A DNA stretch of 64,000 nt from Paraspadella gotoi. Its lineage: Eukaryota > Animalia > Chaetognatha. Positions within the stretch are counted from its first letter, which is position 1; each line of letters begins with the position of its first letter. The stretch is from the NCBI GenBank assembly GCA_051294375.1, contig JBJCIZ010000868.1, forward strand, positions 1-64,000, given 5' to 3'. Made by a program: the position numbers and the translations under genes. Positions 22,880 to 35,790 of this stretch are shown here, piece after piece. Under the pieces are notes generated by a model, which was not told the origin of the DNA, did not search any database, and saw nothing but the letters and a program-made list of their open reading frames with translations.

Positions 22880-23400
22880 AAGACTATGTTTTTAAGTTAA
22901 ATTTGGGCCATGAAGAAGTAGTTCGAAAAGAAAAACTCTTAGGCATTGACATAGATGAAAAGTTAATGATGGACTGGAATAATCGATGATCTGCTAAAAT
23001 AAATTCAAAAAGCAAAATTTTAATGATAAATCGACTGTCTAAATTTAAAAAAGAACATGATAGTGGAATGAGACTGATTAACACTGTTTATCAAAGCCTG
23101 GTAGTGTCTGTCTTAAACTATTCCAGTCTGGTATGGATTGCAACAAACAAGTATCAATGGGAAAAATTGGAAAAACTGAATTTAAGAGCCTTAAAAACCT
23201 TTTTCAAACTGCCTATGCATACCTCTTCAAAAATTGTGTATGATGCAGCAGGTACAACAGAAAAGGACAGATTGAGAAAAGAGTAATGAAGAGAATATTG
23301 AAGTGACCAAAGGAAATGAAATGTTTGAAAGGACAGTACACAACATAGAGAACGACAAACGGAACACAAACATATTACCAATGAAACTCTGCTATGAGAA
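22880..23400 (+). mobile_element. Non-LTR retrotransposon (LINE) ORF2 C-terminal fragment
   Basis: KLLGIDIDEKL..VYQSLVVSVLNYSSLVW..LEKLNLRALK..LPMHTS, the typical post-RT region. Confidence 0.8.
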
Positions 23401-24467
23401 ACTGAAGTCGGACAACATCTGCCCTAGCACATTCTATGGATTTTACTGTCATTGCGAGTCTTGAATTTTTTTCATCCAATATTACTTGTTGATTGGGTTG
23501 GTTCGGTTTCTATTCTTAAGCTGGTTTTGTGATCACGTAATAACGTTTTTAACAGTCTGTAGCTTTTTAAATCTTTTTAGTAATTTTTGATTATTCCTTT
23601 TCTGGTTTTAGTTATCACGGTACTAACAATTTGAAAAGTCTGTACATAGTTTTTAAAACAATCTTAGTTCTCGGTAAAACGAAATGACCTCAGCCACAGT
23701 AAATTGCGCCCCGGTTTAGTCTGTTTCATGTTTCATGTTTCTCCCTCCCCTTCTTAAAATGAAAAATTTGTGAATAATTCACAAAAAATTTTGGCGCTGA
23801 AGAAGGCTCAAATTTGAGCCAAAACATGTATGTCTATAATTAAATAAATTGTTGCAAACGTATTCACACTATTCCTTTAATCTATTTATTTATTTTAAGA
23901 AATTAATATCCATGTTATACAGCCTTAAATGAGCCAACAAAATGTTAAACAAAATTGATAGAGGTTTATGAAAATAGTGATAAAACATCTTCTGATCTAA
24001 AATTAATTTTGCTGAGAAAATTTTAATAGTTATTATTATTGTTATCATTATAGTTATTATTAATTGTACTAATATTTAACAGAGTAATTCTTATTAAAAC
24101 GATTTTACCAATCTTTCATGAGAATTTTTTTCATTTTGATAAAAAAAAGAGGACAGATCGGCCGGAGCGATCTACGGAAGGGAGGGAGAGTGGTAATAGG
24201 TAAGGCCTATGGTAAGTCAAGCTAGTAAAGCTTATTATAAGCTGTATAAAGTTTAATGTAGCTTCTAAAAGCTTTTATAAGCTTTAAAAAGGATATTGAC
24301 TGCGTTATGTGGTTCAGTACTTATTTTCCATTTTGCTTAATTTTTAACATTTTTTTATAAAAATACTTATCCTTTAGAATCACTCAATATTTATATAAAC
24401 ATAATTTTTTATTATTTTTATGGATGAAAACGAGTTTAAATTCTTTGTTTTTAACTATATTTTACTT

Positions 24468-25694
24468 AAACAAGTTTGAGCAAACAATGTCGGATCTGCC
24501 TACGATAATTAATTAATTAATCGATTAATTAATTAATTAATTTAAATATGTAATAATTAATTTTAAATTTATATTCAACTTATCATCATCGATGTCCTTA
24601 AAATTGGGTTAGGACAGTTATTAAATATGTTTTGTTTACATTTCAATTTAAGTAACAAGACAGGGATTTCTAAAGCGAAATCAAAGTGGATTTTATTTCT
24701 TCAGAAAATAAACAGTAAACAAACGCGTGTCAATTTCCAGGCAGAGTGAATAATACAGAATTCGGTTCCCTTTTATACAGCCCAAACGGATCAGAGGAAA
24801 GGGGTAAAATTTCCGACCATTTGTTCACTATGGCCGGTGCCATTTGTCTTTCGACCAATGGGAAAGTTTCATTGTATTTCCGGTGGGGCTTCAATAGATC
24901 CGTTGATTCCGATTTCGATTCTGGAGTCCTTGATTCCTCTGCGATGAAGCTTTATCACACACTTTCCTACCCACACACAAAATTTCATTCCAATCCAACC
25001 AGCCAATCACGAGTTATTGGAGCTTTTTGCTAAGGTGGGACGGATGGAACGGATTGATTGACTGATTAATTAATTATTGATAATTAATTGACTAATTGAT
25101 TAATTAACTGATTAATTATTGATTTATGTAATACATTCCTGCATATACATTTAATATAAAGGAAAAAGAATCATAATCATTAGTGAAACAGTTTTGTTTT
25201 TTTTCCATTTAAACTCATTTCCACTCAAAGAGATCTCATCGAAACTGGTTTCCTGTTCGAATCACACACTTTTCTACTCACCATACAAAATTCCAGGACA
25301 ATCGATAATTAAGTGGCAATAAGCTAACTTGGTCAACTTGCATAATTTATAAACTTGCATAATTGGTCAACTGACAAATCTTGGTTAACTGACATAATTG
25401 GTCTACTGACTAATTTGTCAACTGACATAAATTTGGTCAAACTGACATATATTTGATCAATTAAGATAATTGATTCACTTAAGATAATTTGGTCAACCGG
25501 ATAATTTGGTCAACTCGCATAATTTTATCAACTGGCCTAATATTGTCACTGGCAAATTTGGTCAACAGGCATAATTTGGGTCAAACTTGCAGAACTTGAT
25601 CAACTTGCAGAATTTGGTCAACTGGAATAATTGGTCAACTTTAAGAATTTGGTCAACTGGCATATTTTGTCAATTCGGCATAATTTGGTCAATC

Positions 25695-25727
<33 letters not shown>

Positions 25728-26475
25728 CAATCAATCAATCAGAGAGAGATAGAGAGAGAGAAACTTTAAGAAATTCAAATAAAATGTGTCTTTTGGTTTT
25801 CTAAATTTGAACTTTTTTCCACTCCTACGATTTCCATTCAAAAAATTTATATCCAGCTTTATCACATACTTTTCTACCCACAACAAAATCTCAATTTCGA
25901 TTTATCTTTCCAATTTTTAATAAACATAATAATTATGAGTAAATTTAAGTAAAAATACTTCAAGTTTAATATGACTTTTTTTCCATTTTAACTCATTTCC
26001 ACTCGCAACGATTCCATCGAAACTTTATATCCAGCTCAAACACACACTTCCTACCATCATCCAAAATTTCAAGTCAATTGCCCTATCCCTCATGAGCAAT
26101 TGGCGTTCAAATAGTGAAATATATTTTTTTGTTTTTTCCATTTAAACCAAGTTTCCACTCGCACTTTCCCTCGAAACTTAATATCCATCTCAAATCACAC
26201 AGTTTCCTACCCACACACAAAATTTCATACCAAATCCATCCATCCAATTCACGAGTAATTGGAGTTTTTGCTAAGGTGGTGGACGGACGGACGACGCGAC
26301 GGACGGACGCCACGGACGGACGGACGGACATCGTTTTTTTTGCATAATTATCATAATTCGATGTTCTGACATGATATAAAGTGTTTGCCCGACAATATTG
26401 AGGGGGCGGACCGACGGGACACGACAAAGTGAATTATAGAGTCTGGATCTGCTGATAAGCAGACCCGACTAAAAA
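24468..26475 (-). mobile_element. Helentron-associated non-autonomous element (HINE/DINE-1-like)
   Basis: On the minus strand: T-run, hairpin AGTCGGGTCTGC-TTATCA-GCAGATCCAGACT, (GTCC)n microsatellite, and a 3' subterminal GCAGATCCGAC followed by ..CTTGTTT. Confidence 0.75.
25320..25695. repeat. ~19-bp tandem repeat (TTGGTCAACTGGCATAAT) inside the HINE
   Basis: About 20 degenerate contiguous units. Confidence 0.9.
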
Positions 26476-27123
26476 GTGAATTTAACAAGCTTTCTTTGAT
26501 ATCAAATTTTGCTATTTTTTAAAAATTTTTTGCATCAAATTGCTTCATAAAATCGATAGAACGGGAAAATTGAGTGAACGAATTTTTTAATTTTTTTTAT
26601 CAAATACAAAAAATTAAGGGGAAACGAGATCATATATCATATCTTGTATTTATGCTCCGCGCTAATCCACAGCCTTTCACTCCTCACTTAAGGTGGATCT
26701 CTGAGCTTGACACGGGGTCATCATGCACACATAGCAGATGGAGAAACAGAGACTGGGGCTAAGAAGAACGCACGACCAGTTCTCAATGACACGAGAAGGT
26801 CTAGCAATTGGAGGGGGGGTAACATCGCAGGAAATGGACCAGTAGATGGATCTTATAGACTAAATGGTTTGCCTCCCTTGGCTTTTCCGTCTTTTCTTCT
26901 GATTGACCAATCAGAGAGAAGGCTTCTCTCAGGAAACCGACAGCAGGGAAGGAGAGGGAACTAGATCACTCTTCAACTTACCTTCAAGAACTCAACATCA
27001 AATTCTATTTTATTGTATTTGTTTACTGTCTGTTTATTCTGCATAATCTCCATCAATAATCGTTATCTCCTCATGTGCTTAAACCACGCCTACTTCTTTA
27101 GTTGCAGCGATAAAAAATGTTTC

Positions 27124-28116
27124 AAAAAAAATCTTAAAAGCATAAGGATCGAGCCGCTTCGATGGTAACCAATATTGAATACGATGATAACCAAATATTG
27201 ATGCGATGATAACCAAATATTGACGCGATGATAACCAATAATTGATGCGATGATAACAAAATGACTGATGTGATGATAATCAAATGAATTGATGCGATGA
27301 TAGTCATTTATTTGATATGATGATAATCATTCATTGATACGAATGATAGTCATTCATTGATGCGATGATAGTAATTCATTGACGCGATAAATCATTCATC
27401 GTAAATAAAACAAACAAATGCGTGTATGAGTGAAAGAGAGAGAGAGAGAGAGAGAGAAGAGGAGAAAGAGAGAGAGAGAGAGGCTGGACAGTTTTCCCTC
27501 CAACGAAAACGCATTATTAGGTCTCTCTCGTTTATATAAAGAATAATCAGAATTTTTAGGAAAAAAATCCACGAAAATCTCGGATGTAAATTTGGGATTT
27601 TGTATTGAGAAAAAAGCGCGGAATAAATGGCGATAAAAAGTTTTTAGAAGGAAAAAAAAGAGAAAGAGAGAGAGAGAGAGAACAGAGAGAGATAGAGAGA
27701 GAGAGAGGGAGAGAGAGAAAGAGAGAGAGAGAGAAAAAGAAGCCATATAAAGAAATTTTTTGTACATTGAAAAATTATAATCCCTATTAACAAATATATA
27801 TAGTTGAAAATACTCAGTTAACGACTATGATATTTTTTGACTTCCAAATATTGTGTTTTTTTTCCTTTCTGTTTCGTTGTGATTTGATTTAGAACTTCCA
27901 AATAATATAATAATATTGCGTTATCGCGTTATTAGGTCATGTTCCCTTGACATTGTTTACTCGTTGCCTCGCAACGGCCCCTAAATCCAGGTAAAGAAGA
28001 AAAAAGCGCGGAATAAATGGCAATAATAAAAGTTTTTAGAAGCGAAAAAAATAATCAAGAATTTTCAAAAAACGAACGATGCACGCAAGAGAATCGTAAA
28101 GAGAGAAAGAGACAGA

Positions 28117-28159
<43 letters not shown>

Positions 28160-28573
28160 CGAAGCTTAACAGACGCTGCATAGGCGGAACTCGTTTACTC
28201 GTCCGCCAAATTAAAAATTAGTTACTATATACTAATTTGACATTGCAGTAAGTACTATAATTTCAATTAGCATATTGCAGTAAATTATAATGAAGTGAAA
28301 TTCAAACAAAAAATACTTGAATCGATATGAAACAGAAGAAAAATGGACACACATTTCAACTTCATCACTGCCTCACTAATGAACTGCTTGATAAATAGAT
28401 ACATTGTTTGGTAGTTTAAACCATAAACCGGCAAAAATAGGCAGTAAAAAAATGATCGGCATATAGCATACAATCCGGCATATTCAAATTGTGAAAAAAA
28501 ATTTAATAATCATTCATTGACGAGATGAATCATTCATCGTAAATAAAACAAACAAATGCGTGTAGAATGAAAT

Positions 28574-28604
<31 letters not shown>

Positions 28605-28761
28605 CACGAGAAAGAGAGAGAGAGGCTGGTCAGTTTTTACTCTCGTTGTATAAAAGAATAATCAGAATTTTAGAGAAAAAAATCCACCGAAAATCTCGGA
28701 TGTAAATTTGGGATTTTGTAATTGAGAAAAAAACGCGGAATAAATGGCGGAATAAAGAGAA

Positions 28762-28802
<41 letters not shown>

Positions 28803-29836
28803 TAGAGAGAAGCTGGACCGCCCTGCAGAGCTGAACTCGTTTTTCGAACGTATCTGAGTAGGGACGAACTCTTTTCCTTTCTAATATTTTTTTTACTTAT
28901 CAAACAAAATTTTAGGTCCTCATCTTAAAAAAGTTTTAATCTTGAATGAAATTTTAGATTGTTCTTTTTTTTAAAGAAGAAACCAGACCGAGGTCAAATT
29001 TCATATTTGCATATTTAACTAATTTATAAATATTTATCCCAACTCAAATAATTATTATTTTAAAAAAGGATAAAAAATGATTAATAATATACACTAAAAA
29101 AAATTTACAAATTTTAAAATTGTAAAAATTATTAGAATAACAAAAAAAGTAATGTTTAATTTGACTATATTCTCTCTCTCAACTCCTATTTTAGATATAA
29201 TTTGCCAATAGTGGGCCGACCGGTCCAAAGTTACAGTAATAAACAAAAACAAAAAAAATTTTTAGTTTAAAAAATTATATATGCAATTAAATTAATCTGC
29301 GCAATTGCCGGACATATAGCAGGTATATGTATAGCAGAAAGCTGATGTATATGTGACATTGCCTGCATTATAAGTTTTTTTTCCTTTTTTCGAAAAATGA
29401 ATCCACGAAAAATCTCGGATGTAAATTTGGGGATTTTGTATAGAGAAAAAAAATAAAATGGCGATAATAAAAGTTTTTAGAAGGAAAAAAAATAATAAGA
29501 ATTTTTCCACAAAACGAACGATCGTACATAGAGAGAGAGACAGAGAGAGACAGAGAGAGAGAGAGAAAAGAAGCTGAACAGAGCCGGAACTCGTTTACTC
29601 GTTTACTCGTCGCCTGGTGAAAAAAAAAGTGACTAAAAAATCTTTTTTTTGTTAAAAAAAAAAAAAAAAAAAAGAGAGAGAGAGAAGAGAGAGAGAAAGA
29701 GAGAAAGAGAGAGAGAGAGAGAGAGCCGGAACTCGTTTAATCGTTTACTCATCGCGCAGTTGACTAAAAATTATTTTTGTAAAAAAAAAAAGAGATAGAA
29801 AGAGAGAAAGAGAGAGAGAGACAGATAGGAAGAAAG

Positions 29837-29876
<40 letters not shown>

Positions 29877-30672
29877 AAGTTTTCCCGCCAACGATACGCA
29901 ATATTAGGTCACTCTTGTTTATATCGGCGTGATCTCGGTCAAGTTGATTTTTTTTTATACACGTAACGTTTCCGTTGCCATCAAAACGCGTTATTAGGTC
30001 ATGTTCCTCGACATTGTTTACTCGTTTGCCCCCCGCAACGGCCACGAAATCCAGGTCAAGTAAGTTATTCTTCACATTTTCTCACAAAAATCCACGAAAA
30101 TCTCAGATGTAAATTTGGGATTTTGGTATTGAGAAAGAAGCGCGGAATAAATGGCGATAATAAAAGTTTTTAGAAGGAAAGAAATAATAAAGAAATTTTT
30201 AAAAAAAAACGGTGGTAAAAAAAAGTGAATAATTTGTTTTTTGTAAAAAAAAAGAAAAGAGAGAGAGAGAGAGAGAGGGGGAGGGAGGGGAGGGAGACGG
30301 AGGGAGAGAGAGAGAGAGCCTGAACTCGTTTTTTTAAAACGATTCAGAAAGGCAGCGCCTGATCAAATATATATGTTTTTAGAAAGAAAAAAATAATCAG
30401 ATTTTTTCAAAAAACGAACGATCACGCAAGAGATCGTACAGAGAGAGACAGACGCACACAAAGAGAGACAGAGAGAGACTGAACTCGTTTTAAACGATTC
30501 AGAAAAGGCAGCGCCTGAAAAAAATATATATATAATTAAAAAATAAATAAAAGAAAGGCAAAAAATGTTACAAATGGTTTACAACTGGAAATTTTTCCAA
30601 TTTTTTCCAATCGCAGCTTGTAAAAGATTTTATTCTTATTTGTATTCAAATTAAGATATAGCTTCTCATTAA
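27124..30672 (-). repeat. Right arm of the modular inverted repeat, with internal re-duplications
   Basis: The module AAAATCTCGGATGTAAATTTGGGATTTTGTATTGAG recurs at ~27575, 28690, 29410 and 30098. (GA)n tracts are present. Confidence 0.85.
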
Positions 30673-30714
30673 ATATATATTATATATTAAATATAATGTA
30701 ATTTTTGATAATGT

Positions 30715-30841
30715 TCAACTCAAAATATAAGGAAAATATTTATTGTAGTTAATAGTTATACCACCGCACAAATAATTATTATTGTGACATATCTCAAATA
30801 ATTTTTTTGTTCCCAAGAGCTCCATTCTAAGTCCTACATGG
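30715..30841 (-). CDS. Probable terminal exon of the host Cys-repeat gene (SHVGLRMELLG...ILS*)
   Basis: A 46-bp GT-AG intron (30887-30842) joins it in phase to the upstream exon. Confidence 0.55.
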
Positions 30842-30887
30842 CTATTACAATTACTTTTTTTGTCATTTTTTGACTGAATAATTAAAC

Positions 30888-31240
30888 CTGTAAAATCCGA
30901 CAGGGCATAAAGTACAGTTGCTTTGACCCTTGTATTTTTGGTATTGTCCAGCTGGGCAGGAAGAGCAGATTTTTGCTCCAGATGATGAATAACTGCCTGG
31001 AAGACAACGTAAACACCTCACAGACCCAGGTAATGACTGATATTCACCTATTTTGCACTTTTCACATCCAACTTTTGAGTTAATTAGTTTGTAACCTGGT
31101 TTGCATAGTATACATTTAGATGAAGCAGGCTTATTAGAATATGACCCCTTGGGGCATGGTGTGCAAGGTCCATAATGACTAGTAGAACTTGTATATGTTC
31201 CAACAGGACAGTCTACACAAATTGTTGCCCCAACATCATT
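30888..31240 (-). CDS. Host exon encoding GCC2/GCC3 (ephrin-receptor-like) Cys repeats
   Basis: Open 353-nt frame between AG and GT: NDVGATICVDCPVGTYTSS..CTPCPKGSYS..CILCKPGY..CEKCKIGEYQ..CLRCLPGSYS..CSSCPAGQYQ..CTLCPVGFY. Confidence 0.92.
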
Positions 31241-31499
31241 CTTAAAAAAAAAGAAATATTAATTGTAAAAAAATTATAAAAAAATTGGCATTACTCTTTT
31301 TTATAAACTAAATTAACAATTTGTGCATATAATGTTGCATAAACTCACTGCTGATATTAGTAGAACTAATCTCTGATGAAAGAAGCCAGCTCGTCAGCAT
31401 ATCCCGACTCTATAATTCACTTTGTCGGTCCGTCGGTCCGCCCCCTCAATATTGTCGGGCACTAACTTATATCATGTCAGAACATCGAATGATAAATTA

Positions 31500-31708
31500 A
31501 GCATTGTGATTAAACTTTCTTTCGTTGTGTTTTGATATATTTGAAATTAAAGACGAAGTCTTTATACATCAACAATTTTATTTTTATTGTTCAGACAAGT
31601 TTCGGCTTTCATTAAAGCACCGATGAAGGCTTGAATGAAAGCCGAAACTTGTCTGAACAATAAAAATAAAATCGTTGATGTATCAAGACTTCGTCTTTAA
31701 TTTCAAAA
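31500..31708. mobile_element. Palindromic hammerhead mini-element (Penelope pLTR-like) with 8-bp TSD
   Basis: Inverted arms 31540-31618 and 31629-31707. TSD ATAAATTA at 31492 and 31709. The other HINE copy lacks the insert. Confidence 0.85.
31620..31660 (+). ncRNA. Minimal hammerhead ribozyme motif (CCGATGA variant)
   Basis: CCGATGA-A-GGCTT-GAATGA-AAGCC-GAAAC-TT-GTC followed by AATAAA. The 5' strand of stem I is truncated. Confidence 0.7.
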
Positions 31709-32806
31709 ATAAATTATGCAAAAAAATGATGTCCGTCCGTCTGTCTGTCCGTCCGTTCCGACCGGTTGTGTATCTAATTTCTATTAAATATGGTTCTGAT
31801 CATATTTTGAAAGTTTTTTGAAAATCTGAATCTAGATTCAGGCACAATTCATAACCTATCACTAACCCAACACCTCCTATAATCATTAATAACTTATGAT
31901 AGCTGAAAAAGAAATACATCGAATAATAAATATCATAGGATTAAGCTCTCATCGCAGGAGTATCAAGCCACCAGAATCAAATCGGATCGGAGGCTCGGTC
32001 AAAATGGAATCGCCGAATCCTGATTGGTAATGGTTAAGCATGAACCGGAATCGACCAATCAGCTAGCAGAATCATTGGAACTGTAAATTTTACCCACGTC
32101 GCCGATCCTCTTCCCAAGATAAAAACAGACTTAGCATGTTCTAGTTTCAGTAGCATTGATCATGACTCCTGCGCGTGTCTCACCGTCACCTTTATTCTCA
32201 GAATAAAAATTCATCTTGATTTCGTCCATAGAAATCCATGAGTTTTTCCTTAAATGATACACTGCGCCATGCTAACTTTCATCGTGTCTTACATAGGGAT
32301 CGTTCATACCAAATTTCAATAAATTTGGTCTAATAGTTTTCTCGGAACGAGTTCTGGTAACAAAAAAGGGGTCTATGGCAACAGCCGGGTTGCCTGTGAT
32401 GCCCATTGGCATGGGGCATCTCACTGTTGGCTTTGGGGGCTTCCGACCCTCAGTGACGCCTCCAGTCACTGGCGCGGTTACCCTACAACGGTCTCGCTTT
32501 GCCAACGCAGAGGGAAGTCGTTAGAACTGTGGATGGAACACTACGCCTGGGATGGTGTGGTCCCCCTCTGAGCCAACGGATTTGGCTGAAGGATGGTGGA
32601 CGTGAGGCGGTGTGAATACACCGCCACAGGTCCCTAATTTTATAATTTGAAGCCTTCTGGATTTATCTCAAGTCTCGCAAAATTACGACTCAGACCAGCA
32701 AGATAACCAGAAGACGATTTGGCTGAACGCATGTTAACATTAATGAATTTTTGTTTCCCCCAAAAAATTAAAAGCAAACCTACAGCTTTATATAATATAA
32801 TCTGAA

Positions 32807-33020
32807 CGTATGGACGACACAAGTTTCAGAGTAAGAATGATTTATTCTTCAACATGGTTAATAACAATAACAGTTAAAAGCTCAGATGCTAAGTCTATAA
32901 CAATGGATATTTACAGGGTCAAAGTTTGACCATAAGGGGAAGAGCAATACAATCGAGGGTAAGGTTGAAATAAGGTCAAATGGTTTGGCCGAGGTTGCGT
33001 GTTGTAATTGTTCGTCCACA
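32807..33020 (-). repeat. 3' LTR of Gypsy A
   Basis: Matches 39498-39714 apart from about three 1-nt indels; adjacent to the PPT. Confidence 0.93.
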
Positions 33021-33067
33021 CATCCCCCCACCAAGGCTTCAACCAGGTGGGGAGAAGGCTTGAGAAG

Positions 33068-33949
33068 TCATTGAATTGCATCGTCGTTGTCTTCGTCGTC
33101 TTCCGGCGGCTGGAGCATCGTCGGAAGAATGTTCAAAAGGCCGGGAATTGAAGATGATTGACGTCGAGCAACGCGCGGCGTCGTGGAAGACGCGAGTGGC
33201 GCCGCTTCCATTTCCGGAGGCGGGGACATGGGCGGAGGTGCTGAAGCACGACGAGGGCGGCCGCGTGGTCGTGCTTGAGGTGGATCTGGAGGTGCGACTT
33301 CGTCAGTGACGGCGGGTTTGAGTCGATCGACGGAAATAACTTCGACGCCGCGGCCCGGTATTTCAATTTTGAAAGTTTTTGAGCCACGTTCGAGGACGTT
33401 GTAAGGGCCGTCGTAAGGCGGTTGGAGCGGCGTCGAATGTCCGTCGCGTCTGACGTAGACGCGGTCCGCGTCGGCGAGCGTTCCTGGCACGTGAGAAGGT
33501 GGCGCCGCATGCCAAGCGGCGGGCAGGGGCTGCATGAGGGCAACATCCGCTCGGAGGTCATTGAGAATTCGTGCGCGTGCGTCGGCGTCGACGTCGGTTT
33601 CCGGGACCGGAAGTAGCTCGCCAGGAAGAGTCAGCGTCTCGCCGAGCGTCAGTTCTGCGGGGGAGGCGTCTGAGTCTTCTCGCGGGGTTGCGCGGAGGCT
33701 CAAGAGAGTCCATGGAAGCTGCGCTAACCAGTTATGACCGGCGGCGTCGCAGCGGGCGCGAAGGGCTGCCTTCAGTGTTCGGTGGAGACGCTCGACCATC
33801 CCATTGGATTGGGGGTGGTAGGCGGTCGTAGTTGAAGGATCGAAGCCGACTACCGCCGCCACATGGCGCCACAATTCCGATGTGAATTGGGCGCCGCGAT
33901 CGGTGGTGACGACGGAGGGAACGCCGAAACGGGAGACCCAGTTTTGCAA
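33068..33949 (-). CDS. pol: Integrase core and C-terminus (Gypsy A)
   Basis: WVSRFGVPSVVTTDRGAQF, TTAYHPQSNGMVERLHRTLK, GPY motif. Confidence 0.95.
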   Translation of the reverse strand: MQNWVSRFGVPSVVTTDRGAQFTSELWRHVAAVVGFDPSTTTAYHPQSNGMVERLHRTLKAALRARCDAAGHNWLAQLPWTLLSLRATPREDSDASPAELTLGETLTLPGELLPVPETDVDADARARILNDLRADVALMQPLPAAWHAAPPSHVPGTLADADRVYVRRDGHSTPLQPPYDGPYNVLERGSKTFKIEIPGRGVEVISVDRLKPAVTDEVAPPDPPQARPRGRPRRASAPPPMSPPPEMEAAPLASSTTPRVARRQSSSIPGLLNILPTMLQPPEDDEDNDDAIQ

Positions 33950-33994
33950 GAAGGCGGCGGCGACGGAGGNNNNNNNNNNNNNNNNNNNNNNNNN

Positions 33995-35790
33995 CGGGCG
34001 GAAGTGTCCGCGGAGCGGCGCCCGCTTGGCCAGCGGGCGTGAAGAGGTCGATCATGCGTGAGAGATGTGTTGTGGCCGGAAACGCTAGGCAGCGGGCCAA
34101 CCAGAAATCAATGTGTCACGTGCGCGAAACATTTGGGCGGTGGGTTCAAATTGCTGGAGGGGCGCGCGGACGTGGCGCTGCGTGCTTGGCGCGCTGGCAA
34201 AAGTGTCGCACCCTGACGCCGCCCTGCGTGCGACCCGTCGGAAGAGACTGATGGCCACACAAAACGCGTCGTTAATCAGTTTTTGGATGGCGAACTCCGG
34301 GTGAGCGATGCATGTGTGGCTTTCGAAAAACGCGTCGGCGCCATGACGCTGGATACAAGTGGGCGTGCCCCGGGAAGCCAGAGATGTCGCAAATAGCGTC
34401 GTGTTGTGATCGTTAACTGGTTTTTGAGAACGGAAGCGCCGTATGGGGGTCGTTGAGACAAGACGCTGGACCATCCTCTGTCGGCGGCTTGATTCGCCGC
34501 CATTGCTCGATATTGACTTGAAAGGGCGCCGATGGCGTTTGACGGTGGCGGCAATGTCCTCACGTGCTTTTTGCGCGTTCGAGGCTGGTTCACGTGAGCT
34601 GCGGGGATTGGCGGGGGCGAATGGTGCTGGGAGTTGGAGTTGGTGGAGTTGGGCGGTCCGTGAAAGGGCTCGGCGACGAACGTTCGGCCTTTCAGCTAAT
34701 ATTAACGAAGTCGCCGCATGAATTCGGCGATGCCCGCCAACTGGTAAGGTCTGCTCATGGTGTGAGGCTTCGGCCTTCTTCCCGCAGCGCCGAACGAGCC
34801 GATAATGTGGTCGCTGAAAAAGCGTGAAGCGGCGTCCCTTCGAACATTGGCCCGAAACATGGCGGATAGAGGCCGTGGCGGGCGAGGAGTCCTTGTTCCA
34901 AAAGGCGGCCATTTGCGCTGATTTGGTTTCAGTGGCTTTGAATGGAACCCCAGAGGCTGCCACTGGCCCGTTGACCAGCTGTTCGAGGACGGCGCCGGAA
35001 CGGCACGTCGGAGGCGTCGACAGTGAGAGAAAGAGGAGCGCCGTCGATTGAATGTACCAGCATAGTGGGTCCGGCGAGGGCGTCTTTGATCGCCTTGAAA
35101 GCGGCGTCTTGGGGCGCCGCCACTTGAACGTGCGCGCGGTTGCCGCGAAGAACTTCAAGGAGGGGGTCTAGAATGATGAGCGGCGTGGGACGAAACGGCG
35201 GTAATAATTGAAAGAACCCCGAGGAAGAGTATGTCGCGTTGGAGTTCTTTGATGGTGGTGGGCGGTGGCCATTGTACGCAAACGCCTCCACCTTTCGCTG
35301 AAGTGGGCTGACCACCATTTTTGTCGACGTTGAGCCAAGAAACTCTAGCTGGAGAGCCGAAACGCACTTGGCGCCGATTTGACAATGAGGCCATTGTCGG
35401 CGAGGGCGTTGAAAGAGCGCTTGGAGATCCTCTTGGTGCTCCTCGTGTGAATGAGATGACACAAGGAGGTCCGTGCTAAGTAGAACGAAGATGTGGGGGA
35501 TGCCGGTCAGGGACTTGATCCATCATGCGTTGAAAGTCCTGAACCGCAATTTTTTTAGCCCGAATAGGCATGAAGAGAAATTCGTAGAGCCCAATGGCGT
35601 AATTACGCGTTTTGTGCGGTCTTCCTTCGCGACGGGATCTGAATGATACCCCTTGGCAGAGGTCGATCTTCGAGAAGACCGTCTTCCGGCAACGTCGGCG
35701 TTTGAAATCCATTAGGTGAGGATCGGGTAGCGGTCGTCAACGTGACGCCATTGAGGCGCCGATAATCGCCGCAAGGACGAAGAGACCATC
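33995..35790 (-). repeat. Error-rich duplicate of the RT/RNaseH/INT-N region of Gypsy A
   Basis: Largely colinear with 35790-37375 with many indels; begins at a 25-N gap. Confidence 0.88.

Larger units (their letters stand above)
31385..32360 (+). mobile_element. Second HINE-like copy, in opposite orientation
   Basis: GACTCTATAATTCACTTTGTC..CCGCCCCCTCAATATTGTCGGGC and the GTCC repeats match the reverse complement of 26330-26445. The right end is approximate. Confidence 0.7.

Noticed and set aside
31372-31400. Additional hammerhead at CTGATGAAAG (also CTGACGA at 44166 and 57563)
   Set aside because: No stem II followed by GAAA.
33995-35790. Gypsy element with two RT domains
   Set aside because: The second copy is indel-rich and starts at a 25-N gap, typical of over-filled gap closing. 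The end of the 862-aa ORF is a chimera across this junction.
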